A program made the position numbers and the translations under genes. A stretch of 64,000 nucleotides of DNA from Mobula hypostoma. Taxonomy: Eukaryota. Positions 25,407 to 37,650 of the stretch are shown one piece after another. The notes below the pieces were generated by a model, which saw only the letters and a list, made by a program, of their open reading frames with translations, did no database searches and was not told the DNA's origin. Position 1 is the first letter of the stretch; each line of letters starts with the position of its first letter. The DNA is taken from positions 200,820,001 through 200,884,000 of the forward strand of contig NC_086100.1 of the NCBI RefSeq assembly GCF_963921235.1. The letters are read 5' to 3'.

Positions 25407-28400
25407 AACACACACAACACACACACACACCACACACAATACACTACCAAACACACCCACAACACACTACCAAACACACCCACAACACACTACCAAACAC
25501 ACACAACACACTACCAAACACACCCACAACACACTACCAAACACACACAACACACTACCAAACACACCCACAACACACTACCAAACACACACAACACACT
25601 ACCAAACACACACAACACACTACCAAACACACCCACAACACACTACCAAACACACACAACACACTAACACCAACAACACACTACCAAACACACCCACAAC
25701 ACACTACCAAACACACACACAACACACTACCAAACACCCACAACACACTACCAAACACACCTACAACACACTACCAAACACACAAACAACACACTACCAA
25801 ACACACACAACACACTACCAAACACACACACAACACACTAACACCCACAACACACTAACAAACACTCACAACACACTACCAAACACCCCCACAACACACA
25901 ACACACTAACCAACACACCCCAATATACTACCACACAATCATACAACACACTACCAAACACACACAACACACTAACAAACACCTACAACACACTACCAAA
26001 CACACCCACAACACACTACCACCCACAACACACTACCAAACACACCCACAACACACTACCAAACACACACACAACACACTACCAAACACACACACAACAC
26101 ACTACCAAACACACCCACAACACACTAACAAACACACACAATACACTACCAAACACACCCACAACACACCACCAAACACACCAACAACGCACTATCAAAC
26201 ATACACACAACACACTACCAAACCCACAAACACACTACCAAACACACCCACATCACACTACCAGACACACCCACAACACACTACCAAACACACCCACAAC
26301 ACACTACCAAACACATCCACAACACACTACCAAATACACCCACAAGACATTACCAAACACAACCACAACACACACCCACAACACACTACCAGACACACCC
26401 GCAATACACTGCTAAACACACACAACACACTACCAAAGACACCCACAACACTCCACCAAACACACCAACAACGCACTATCAAACATACACACAACACACT
26501 AACAAACACACACAAGACACTACCAAACACACACACAACACACTAACACACACCCACAACACACTACCAAACCCCCACAAACACACAACACACTACCAAA
26601 CACACACACAACACACTACCAAACACCCACAACGCACTACCAAACACACACACAACACATCACCAAACACACACAACACACTACCAAACACACCCACAAC
26701 ACACTACCAAACACACACAACACACTACCAAACACATACACAACACACTACCAAACACCCACAACACACTAACAAACACCCACAACACACTACCAAACAC
26801 ACACACAACACACTACCAAACACCCACAACACACTACCAAACACACCCACAACACACTACCAAATACACACACACAACACACTACCACACACAACACACT
26901 ACCAAACACACACAATCACACTACCAGACACACCCACAACACACTACCAAACACACCCACAACACACTACAAAACACACAAACAACACACTACCAAACAC
27001 CCACATCACACTACCAAACACACCCACAACACACTACCAAACCCACAAACAACACACTACCAAACACACACAACACACTACCAAACACACACACAACACA
27101 CTAACACACACACAACACACTACCAAACACACACACAACACAATACCAAACACACACACAACACACTACCAAACACACAAACACACTACCAAACACACCC
27201 ACATCACACTACCAGACACACCCACAACACACTACCAGACACACCCACAACACACTACCAAACACACCCACATCACACTACCAGACACACCCACAACACA
27301 CTACCAGACACACCCACAACACACTACCAAACACATCCACAACGCACTACCAAATACACCCACAAGACACTACCAACCACACACAACACACTACCAAACA
27401 CAACCACAACACACACCCACAACACACTACCAGACACACCCGCAATACACTACTAAACACACACAACACACTACCAAACACACTCACAATGCACCACCAA
27501 ACACACCAACAACGCACTATCAAACATACACTCAACACACTACCAAACCCACAAACACACTACCAAACACACCCACATCACACTACCAGACACACCCACA
27601 ACACACTACCAAACACATCCACAACACACTACCAAATACACCCACAAGACACTACCAACCACACACAACACACTACCAAACACAACCACAACACACACCC
27701 ACAACACACTACCAGACACACCCGCAATACACTGCTAAACACACACAACACACTACCAAACACACCCACAACACACCACCAAACACACCAACAACGCACT
27801 ATCAAACATACACGCAACACATTAACAAACACACACAAGACACTACCAAACACACACACAACACACTAACACACACCCACAACACACTACCAAACACCCA
27901 CAACACACTACCAAACACACACAACACACTACCAAACACACACACAACACACTACCACACACACCCACAACACACTACTAAGCACACAAACAACACACTA
28001 CCAAACACCCACATCACACTACCAAACACACCCACAACACACTACCAAACCCACAAACAACACACTACCAAACACACACAACACACTACCAAACACACAC
28101 ACAACACACTAACACACACACAACACACTACCAAACACACACACAACACAATACCAAACACACACACAACACACTACCAAACCCACAAACACACTACCAA
28201 ACACACCCACATGACACTACCAGACACACCCACAACACACTACCAGACACACCCACAACACACTACGAAACACATCCACAACACACACCCACAACACACT
28301 ACCAGACACACCCACAAGACACTACCAACCACACACAACACACTACCAAACACAACCACAACACACACCCACAACACACTACCAGACACACCCGCAATAC

Positions 28401-29959
28401 ACTACTAAACACACACTACCAAACACACCCACAACACACCACCAAACACACCAACAACGCACTATCAAACATACACACAACACAGTACCAAACCCACAAA
28501 CACACTACCAAACACACCCACATCACACTACCAGACACACCCACAACACACTACCAGACACACCCACAACACACCACCAAACACACCAACAACGCACTAT
28601 CAAACATACACACGACACACTAACAAACACACACAAGACACTACCACACACACAACACACTAACACACACCCACAACACACTACCAAACCCACACACACA
28701 CACAACACACTACCAAACACACACACAACACACTACCAAACACCCACAACACACTACCAAACACACACACAACACACCACCAAACACACCCACAACACAT
28801 CACCAAACACACTACCAAACACTCACAACACACTACCAAACACACCCACAACACGCTACCAAACACACCCACAACACACTACCAAACACACACAACACAC
28901 TACCAAACACCCACAACACCCTAACAAACACCCACAACACACTACCAAACACACACACAACACACTATCTAACACCCACAACACACTACCAAACACACCC
29001 ACAACACACTACCAAATACACCCACAAGACACTACCAACCACACACAACACACTACCAAACACAACCACAACACACACCCACAACACACTACCAGACACA
29101 CCGGCAATACACTGCTAAACACACACAACACACTACCAAACACACCCACAACACACCACCAAACACACCAACAACGCACTATCAAACATACACACAACAC
29201 ACTAACAAACACACACAAGACACTACCACACACACAACACACTAACACACACCCACAACACACTACCAAACCCACACACACACACAACACACTACCAAAC
29301 ACCCACAACACACTACCAAACACACACACAACACACCACCAAACACACCCACAACACATCACCAAACACACTACCAAACACTCACAACACACTACCAAAC
29401 ACACCCACAACACGCTACCAAACACACCCACAACACATCACCAAACACACACAACACTACCAAACACACCCACAACACACTACCAAATACACACAACACA
29501 CTACCAAACACCCACAACACACTAACAAACACCCACAACACACTACCAAACACACACACAACACGCTACCTAACACCCACAACACACTACCAAACACACC
29601 CACAACACACTACCAAACACACACAACACACTGCCAAACACCCACAACACACTAACAAACACCCACAACACACTACCAAACACACACACAACACACTACC
29701 TAACACCCACAACACACTACCACACACAACACACTACCAAACACACACACATCACACTACCAGACACACCCACAACACACTACCAAACACACCCACAACA
29801 CACTACCAAACCCACAAACAATACACTACCAAACACACACAACACACTACCAAACACACACACAACACAATACCAAACACACACACAACACACTACCAAA
29901 CACACACACACACCACTAACCACACACCATGCCCCACCCACACTACACACCACACACAC
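25407..29959. repeat. 4.5-kb CA-rich minisatellite (core ACAACACACTACCAAACAC(AC)CC, about 21-23 bp) with higher-order blocks
   Basis: Tandem degenerate copies, G nearly absent on the + strand; diagnostic variants such as aacgcactatcaaacata recur. Confidence 0.97.
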
Positions 29960-30344
29960 TGTTGTACTGGATCGACCGATGCAAAGACAATCGTACCACA
30001 AATACACTAACACACGTGATTCTTTTCAAACCTTTATTCTCTACTCATAGCATGCTTTGGGGGAAGTTACAGACTGATCTCCCAAAGGAGCCAGTCCAGA
30101 CACTGCCCCCGAATTACACAATTCTCCACAATTTATAACATTGATCAGGTAGCAGGAAATCTTACAATTACAAGTTTAGACAATATTAGAATCATTTCAA
30201 TCACATGCTACGATACAATTAGATGTAAGATAATCATTGGTTAGTTAGTTATAATTATTTTAAGCCAAAGCTTAATCAGTTCCTCATTCAGACCCTTCCC
30301 GTTTTCTGTAGAACATTCTAACCCCCACACTATTCTTCCCATAT

Positions 30345-31251
30345 TTATCTATACCTTGAAATGAGATAGTTGCGGTTCATCGTAGCCATGGTTCCTGCCG
30401 AACCCCCTAGAGAGAGAGTGCTCAGGAACCCGTAGCCCAGAAAAGATCCCAGAGTAACAGGACTCCTCCAGTCAATACAGAATTCCTTACTCACAGCTCG
30501 AGCTGTCAGTCGCTGTTGAACGTGGGCGGCCTGGGGGCAGGGAACAGAAGGTGGTCCAATCATTCCTACTGCAAGGAGGTTAGGCAGAGTGGTGGCAGCT
30601 GTAGTACAGGTACCGTTGAACAATAACACATATCCTGTCTTGGCCTTGTAGCAGGTATTTTTGTAACTCACTATTTTATCATACCACAAGTGCTCCTGTG
30701 GATACAGGGGGGAGTTTTCAAAAGTCCCTGAACCTGCCGACACATGAGTCCCATTGCAATATCCACACACATGCTGAGTTCCCTTAGAGAGGGGCACGCA
30801 TTGTTCGTGGATACATTCGCAAGAGAATATTCCCTGGTCTATCCTACATCAGTGGTCCGGACAATGTTTCTTCAGACAAGGTATCTCCGGGGGAACCCTG
30901 ACAAGGATGCACTCCTGCCCCTTCTCCCGAAAAACAGAAGGGATAATCCCCGACGCCCTCGCCAGTAGTCCCACCACTCACTCTCCAAAGACACCTTCCC
31001 CTGACTCCCCCCTTACATCCTGCCCCTAATCTATCCTCCACTATTAAGTCATTTTCTGCCCAATTTAGCCCCGATGGGTTAGCAACAAACAATGCTTCTA
31101 CAGATTGTACCAAAGGATAACATGCAGTACGGTTACCATGCAGACGCATATGAGTCTTATAAAATAAATTGTCCTTCAGGCTTAATGCCACGGGGGCAAT
31201 CCTAGTAACGAAAAGTCCAATAACAGTCTTTAGTCCACCTGCGGAGCCCAT
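30345..31251 (-). pseudogene. ERV env (frameshifted SU, cleavage site and fusion peptide; most of TM missing)
   Basis: Signal-like N-terminus, GYVLLFNGT, RLTAR cleavage site, then GFLSTLSLGGSAG fusion-peptide-like segment. Reaches the PPT without an ISD or membrane anchor. Confidence 0.7.
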
Positions 31252-32051
31252 CGTTTGCAGTCACTCAGGTGGATCCAGCGGCTGTGCCCTCGAACCTTAA
31301 CGGCCTTTGGGGATTGCAGGAGTATCTGGAATGGCCCTTTCCACCGGGGTCCAAGCTTGGGACGATCCCAATCCCGGATCAGTACCGAATCTCCAATTTT
31401 CAACTCCGGCCACTCCGTTCCCTGGCCTCCAGGCTCCTTAAGGGTATTCTGCACCTGGGAGTGAAGAAACTTCAGAGAGGATGTTAGTTGGTGAAAGTAC
31501 TTCTGCAATTCGTCCCCCATGACATTTAGATCAGTTTGGGTGGGAGGCTGCATGTCAGCGTCCCACGGGGTCCTTCCAGGGCGCCCATAAACAATTTCAG
31601 CTGCAGAGACCCCTGCAGTGGAGTGCGGGGTAATTCTCCTATGGTATAAAGCCAGCGAAAGGACCTTCAGCCGACTCAGTCCGGTTTCGGACATTAACTT
31701 AGACAGCTTGTTTATCAGGGTGCCGTTGGCCCGTTCCACTGTTCCTGCAGTCTTCGGGTGGGAAGCACAATGAAACTGCTGTTTGATGCTCAGCACCTCA
31801 CATAGTTCTTTATTTATATTTCCTACAAAGTGAGGGCCATTATCCGAACTTATTTGTCTGGGCACTCCGAATCTCGGTATAATCTCTGTAAGCACCAACC
31901 TTACCACCGTGGAAGCTTTATTATTGGTGGTCGGAAAGGCTTCAATCCATTTACTGAACACATCTACAATCACTAAACAATACTTATAACAATGTACACG
32001 CGGCGGTTCGATACAATCGAGCTGAATACATTCAGAAGGACCACTTGGCAA
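31230..32051 (-). CDS. Retroviral integrase core and C-terminal domain (open 273 aa)
   Basis: IQLDCIE, VDVFSKWIEAFP, SSDNGPHF, GTVERANGTL, PRWKGPFQILL, WIHLSDCK. Confidence 0.9.
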   Translation of the reverse strand: MPSGPSECIQLDCIEPPRVHCYKYCLVIVDVFSKWIEAFPTTNNKASTVVRLVLTEIIPRFGVPRQISSDNGPHFVGNINKELCEVLSIKQQFHCASHPKTAGTVERANGTLINKLSKLMSETGLSRLKVLSLALYHRRITPHSTAGVSAAEIVYGRPGRTPWDADMQPPTQTDLNVMGDELQKYFHQLTSSLKFLHSQVQNTLKEPGGQGTEWPELKIGDSVLIRDWDRPKLGPRWKGPFQILLQSPKAVKVRGHSRWIHLSDCKRWAPQVD

Positions 32052-32549
32052 GGGGGTTTTCCCTGGGGCACACTTTACTCCCTTTCCCGCGTTTCTTTTG
32101 GCAAATCAAACAGGCTTGTATTTTTGCTGCCGCAGCTTCCTCCAGCCTGGGGTGCCACCATGTGCGGAGCAAAATATTACTCATTCCCCCCTTGCCAAGG
32201 TGGGTGTCCGTATGCAAGCAATCGAGCAACATAGGCAGCAATGCATCAGGAATACAAACTTGGCCAACTGGGGTATGCCAGAGGCCCGTGGACACTGAAT
32301 GCGCACATCCGTGTGTCTTCCAGAGTTGTTTTTCTGAATTGGGTGTCCCCGTGGAGTTTTTGAACTGTAGCCCTGTCTGGAGTGCCTGGCGCTCATGGCG
32401 TTTCAGTCAGGGTGGAGGCCAAATGTTCTGCAGTTAAGACTATAGCAGTCACCTCCTGCGCAGCCTGTTTGGCTGCCAAATCGGCCCTGTAATTCCCTTT
32501 AGTCACTGCAGATTCGTCTTTTAGATGAGCCGAACATTTAATAATGGCT

Positions 32550-33313
32550 AACACAAAATACTCTGCAGATGCTGGGGTCAAAGCAACACTCACAACACGC
32601 TGGAGGAACTCAGCAGGTCGGGCAGCATCCGTGGAAACGATCAGTCAACGTTTCGGGCGCAGAGGCCCTATAAAGAAGGTGGGGGGAGGGTGGGAAGGAG
32701 AAGGCTGGTAGGTTCCAGGTGAAAAACCAGTAAGGGGAAAGACAAAGGTTCGGGGGTGGGGGAGGGGAAGCAGGGAGGGGATAGGCAGGAAAGGTGAAGA
32801 AGGAATAGGGGAAAACACAATGGGTAGTAGAAGGAGGCGGAACCATGAGGGAGGTGATAGGCAGCTGGGGGAGGGGGCAGAGTGAAATAGGGATAGAGGA
32901 AGGGAGGAAGAGGGAATTACCGGAAGTTGGAGAATTCTATGTTCATACCAAGGGGCTGGAGACTACCTAGACGGTATATGAGGTGTTGCTCCTCCAACCT
33001 GTAAGTGCTACACCTGTCCCTACACCTCCTCTCTTGCCACCATTCAGGGCCCCAAACAGTCCTTCCAGGTGAGGCAACACTTCACTTGTGAGTCTGTTGG
33101 GGTCATCTATTGTATCCGGTGCTCCCGGTGCGGCCTCCTTTACATCGGTGAAACCCGACGCAGATTGGGGGACCGCTTCGTCGAGCACCTCCGCTCCGTC
33201 CGCCACAACAGACAGGATCTCCCAGTAGCCACCCACTTCAACTCTGCTTCCCATTCCCATTCAGATATGTCCATACATGGCCTCCTCTACTGCCGTGATG
33301 AGGCTAAACTCAG
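32550..33313. mobile_element. Penelope-like element 3' part (GIY-YIG endonuclease) with internal inversion
   Basis: Plus strand 33002-33313: FTCESVGVIYCIRCSRCGLLYIGETRRRLGDRFVEH...EAKL. The continuation RLEEQHLIYRLGSLQPLGMN is on the minus strand from 33001. Confidence 0.9.
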
Positions 33314-33826
33314 TCTCTCCCAAACTCCCAGCTAATGTTGGGAACATGGCAAATATGCCCCTGTCCACTTGCCGTCCCCACAGTTCCAGTTTGGCTTTGA
33401 AAGCAGACACTTTATCTGCCAACTTGAAGACAGTTGTCATTCTCCCCTGAAGTGACAAACTGAGTTCATTGAGCAGGTTGAAGATGTCACACAGATAAGT
33501 GAGTTTTGCTATCCACTCCTCGTCACTGAAGTCTGCTGCCAGTGGTGACTTTTTTTCTGAAAGAAATCTCTGTAGCTGCTCTCTTAACTCAAAAACCCTG
33601 GCCAGGGCTCTCCCCCTTGATAGCCACCTGACTTCAGTGTGTAAGAGAAGCGTTTGTGCTCTGCATCCATTTCCTCGCGAAGCTGCTCAAACAGACGTTT
33701 CTTAGCCTTAGCAATACGGCTAGCCACTAAGTACGATGCTCTCTGAGTGGCAGCATTTGTGGAGGTGGTGACTCTCAGCACTTGCTTCTGTCCCGCCTGC
33801 TCACGTTTCTTCTGCTCAAAAAACAA
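33314..33826 (-). mobile_element. hAT (Charlie/Buster-type) transposase fragment, internally deleted
   Basis: ASYLVASRIAKAKK, HTEVRWLSRG, YLCDIFNLLNELSLSLQG, FKAKLELW. Confidence 0.88.
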
Positions 33827-33834
33827 TTAATATG

Positions 33835-34489
<655 letters not shown>

Positions 34490-35207
34490 CCTTTGTTAAT
34501 GTGTTGGGTTCTGTCCAGTTGCTTTTTCCTTATCAGACATTCTTTGATAACAGTTTCATAGGAAGCTTGAAAGAAGAGGAGTACAGCCCAGCTTTGTGAT
34601 TTGTGTTCTCATCTGTTACTTTGTTTTTTAATCTGTTACATATTTATTGTGCCCTAATCTTTACTTTATTACTTTTTTACTTGTTTCCCCATGGTTTTTG
34701 TAATTGGATTTAGGGATGACTCATTTTTCATAGTGGCCATTTGAAATTGGAGTAGAAATTGGTGCAACTTTATTCTGGATTTGAGATGGCCACATATCAG
34801 AAGGAATTGAGCATTTGGGGAGCAATTGTTTTTGCATTTTCTAAATAACCGGTGACTAATCAGAAGTGAGTACATTTATACCTCCCTGTGTTACAGAACG
34901 GCGAAGTGGCAGGTGCTGATTTGTGGTGGGAGATCTGGTTATACATTCCTGTGGATGGTGTTTGAAATTCCACACTGGACCAACGGGTCAAATTGCTGAA
35001 TCTGTACGAAGACTCCTTACTACATCACAGAAGGGATGCCGCTGATGTCAATTCCTCTGACGACAAAGAAAGACTGTTGGGGGAAATTATCTGGCCATAT
35101 TCAGATTTGTCGTATCTGTAACTTGGGGAACATGAATGCTTGGTCAAGTTTTTATTGGCGTAAATAAGTGATTAAAATAACTGTTTACAGACAGCACTTT
35201 CACTTTC

Positions 35208-35532
35208 CCTGAGGGGGGAGTCAGCGGGCTGGTGTCGGCCTCCGGCCTGAGGGGGGAGTCAGCGAGCGGATCCCGAACTCCGGCCTGAGGGGGGAGTCAG
35301 CGAGCGGATCCCGAACTCCGGCCTGAGGGGGGAGTCAGCGGGCTGGTGTCGGCCTCCGGCCTGAGGGGGGAGTCAGCGGGCTGGTGTCGGCCTCCGGCCT
35401 GATGGGGGAGTCAGCGGGCTGGTGTCGGCCTCCGGCCTGATGGGGGAGTCAGGGGGCTGGTGTCGGCCTCCGGCCTGAGGGGGGAGTCAGCGGGCTGGTG
35501 TCGGCCTCCGGCCTGAGGGGGGAGTCAGCGGG
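35208..35532. repeat. 38-bp GC-rich tandem repeat, 8 full copies plus a partial
   Basis: Unit cctgaggggggagtcagcgggctggtgtcggcctccgg starting at 35208, 35246, 35284, 35322, 35360, 35398, 35436, 35474 and 35512. Confidence 0.97.
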
Positions 35533-35582
35533 AGCGGGATTCTCTGAGCAGCCGTGTGAGCGGGAAGTGTGACCGGAGCGGA

Positions 35583-35621
35583 ATGGCGGCGCTGAGAGCG
35601 GCTGTCGGGGCGGCGAGGAAG
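35583..35621 (+). CDS. IDH3B: IDH3B exon 1 (mitochondrial transit peptide start, MAALRAAVGAARK)
   Basis: ATG in a CpG island; resembles human MAALSGVRWLTR; phase-0 donor AAG|gtcaga; same strand as downstream IDH3B exons. Confidence 0.8.
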
Positions 35622-36619
35622 GTCAGAGGGGGACCGGGACCGTGACCGGGCGGGGTGCGGGAGGCAGTCTCCTTACCCGAACTCGGACACCTGCTGAGGC
35701 CGGTGCGGTGTTGACAGGCGTTGTCGGGGTGGACGTGGCCGGTAGGATACGGGATACTCCAGGGGAAAGTACGGAGAAGTGATCGGCCGCTGTTCCGCTG
35801 AGGGTGAGAGCAGGGCTGGGTAGGAGGGCGGCCGAGACCGGGGACCCGTACTTGGGGCAGCATCAACCACTGCAGCATCTGTGGGAGAACGGACCGGTCC
35901 ATGGGACCATACGCTATGGGAGCCATTTGGCCCGTCTCCGCAAGGGTCCGGACCCTTCCTCTGGCCATAACAACTGAATTGATATCAGGTTTGTTATCGC
36001 TGACATTTATCGTGAAATTGGTGCCTTTGTGACAACAGTGCAGACCAGGACATAAGTTTACTGTGTTGCAATAAGAAATATTTTTAAAAGTGCAGAAGTA
36101 GCGAGGTAGTGTTCATTGCCTGTCCAGCAATCTGATAGTGCAGGGGAAGAAGCTGTTTCTGAATCGTTGAGTGTGTACATCAGGCTCATGTACTTCCTGT
36201 CTGATGGTAGTGATCGGAAGAGGAGGTGATGGGGGTGCTTAATGCAGTTCTGCCTGTCTCAGATGTTGCATTACAGTACATGGAAAGCACAGGTCCTCAA
36301 GCAATTGTGAAATTTCTCTCCAGCTCCATTATAAATGCCCAGGTGCTCATAATCACTGCTGAAAAACAGAGAATGAAAGAATCGGGTTGATTATCACTGA
36401 CATGTCGCAGCAGTACAGTGCAATACATAAAATGTACTATAAGTTGCAGGTAAGATTAGCTTTATTTCTCACATGGGCATCTGTACATGGTGAAATGCAA
36501 TGCTTATATCAAAGACCAACACAGTCTGAGGATGTGCTCGGCACTCCATCGGTGTCACCGTGTCTCTGCTCCCAACGTAGCATGCCCACAATTCACAACC
36601 CCAACCCGTACCCTAACCT

Positions 36620-37650
36620 TGAGCAGTGGATGTAGTGTATATGGATTTCAGTAAGGCATTTGATAAGGTTCCCCATGCCAGGCTCATTCAGAAAGTAAGG
36701 AGGCATGGGATCCAAGGAGACCTTGCTCTGTGGATCCAGAATTGGCTTGCCCACAGAAGACGAAGAGTGGTTGTAGGTGGTTCGTATTTTGCATGAAGGT
36801 CGGTGACCAGTTGTGTTCCATACTGATCTGTTCTGGGACCCCTCCTCTTTGTGATTTTTTATAAATGGCCTGGATAAAGAAGTGGGGGGTGGGTTAGTAA
36901 GTTTGCTGGTGACACAAAAGTTAGGGGTGTTGTGGATAGTTTGGAGGGTTCATTTTGGTAGGTCAAATTTGAAGACAGAATGTAGTATTAATGGTAAGAC
37001 TCTCGGCAGTGTGGAAGATCAGAGGGATCTTAAGGTCCAAGTCCATAGGACACTCAAAGCAGCTGCGCAGGTTGACTCTGTGGTTAAGAAGGCATACGGT
37101 GCATTAGCCTTCATCAATCGTGGGACTGAGTTTAGGAGCCGAGAGGTAATGTTGCAGCTATATAGGACCCTGGTCAGACCCCACTTGGAGGACTGTGCTG
37201 AGTTCTGCCTCACTACAGGAAGGATGTGGAAACCATAGAAAGGGTGCAGAGGAGATTTACAAGGATGTTGCCTGGATTGGGGAGCATACCTTATGAAAAC
37301 AGGTTGAGTGAACTCGGCCTTTTCTCCTTGGAGCGACGGAGGATGAGAGGTGACCTGATAGAGGTGAATAAGATGATGAGAGGCATTGATTGTGTGGATA
37401 GTCAGAGGCTTTTTCCCAGGGCTGAAATGACTAGCACGAGAGGGCATAGTTTTAAGGTGCTTGAAATAGGTGGATGTTAGGGGTAATTTTTTCGCACAGA
37501 GAGTGGTGAGTGCGTGGAATGCACTGCCGGCGGTGTTGGTGGAAGTGGATACAATAGGGTCTTTTAAGAGACTCTTAGATAGGTACATGGAGCTTAGAAA
37601 ACTAGAGGGCTATGCGCTAGGGAAATTCTAGGCGGTTTCTAGAGTAGGTT
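36620..37650 (+). mobile_element. CR1 LINE, 5'-truncated and decayed
   Basis: YMDFSKAFDKVPH, YRTLVRPHLE, ERVQRRFTRMLPG. Confidence 0.9.

Larger units (their letters stand above)
29960..32550 (-). mobile_element. Class I ERV 3' half: RNase H end, integrase, truncated env, 3' LTR (29960-30315)
   Basis: LAIIKCSAH..VTKGNYRADLAAK; H.DTHLG..C.IC zinc finger; integrase core; env ORFs; purine tract gggggttagaa then TG at 30315; AATAAA near 30035; CA end at 29960. Confidence 0.9.
35200..35960 (+). promoter_or_regulatory. CpG island / IDH3B promoter region
   Basis: High GC and CpG content in an otherwise CpG-poor window; ETS-like GGAAGT near 35563; YY1-like AATGGCGGC overlapping the start codon. Confidence 0.8.

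Noticed and set aside
26327..30013. Cys/Val-rich and His/Thr-rich ORFs
   Set aside because: Translations of the CA minisatellite
35208..35532. CRISPR-like regular array
   Set aside because: No unique spacers; head-to-tail VNTR in a vertebrate genome; no cas genes
35525..35968. 147-aa minus-strand ORF over the CpG island
   Set aside because: Expected stop-codon scarcity in GC-rich DNA; no recognisable homology
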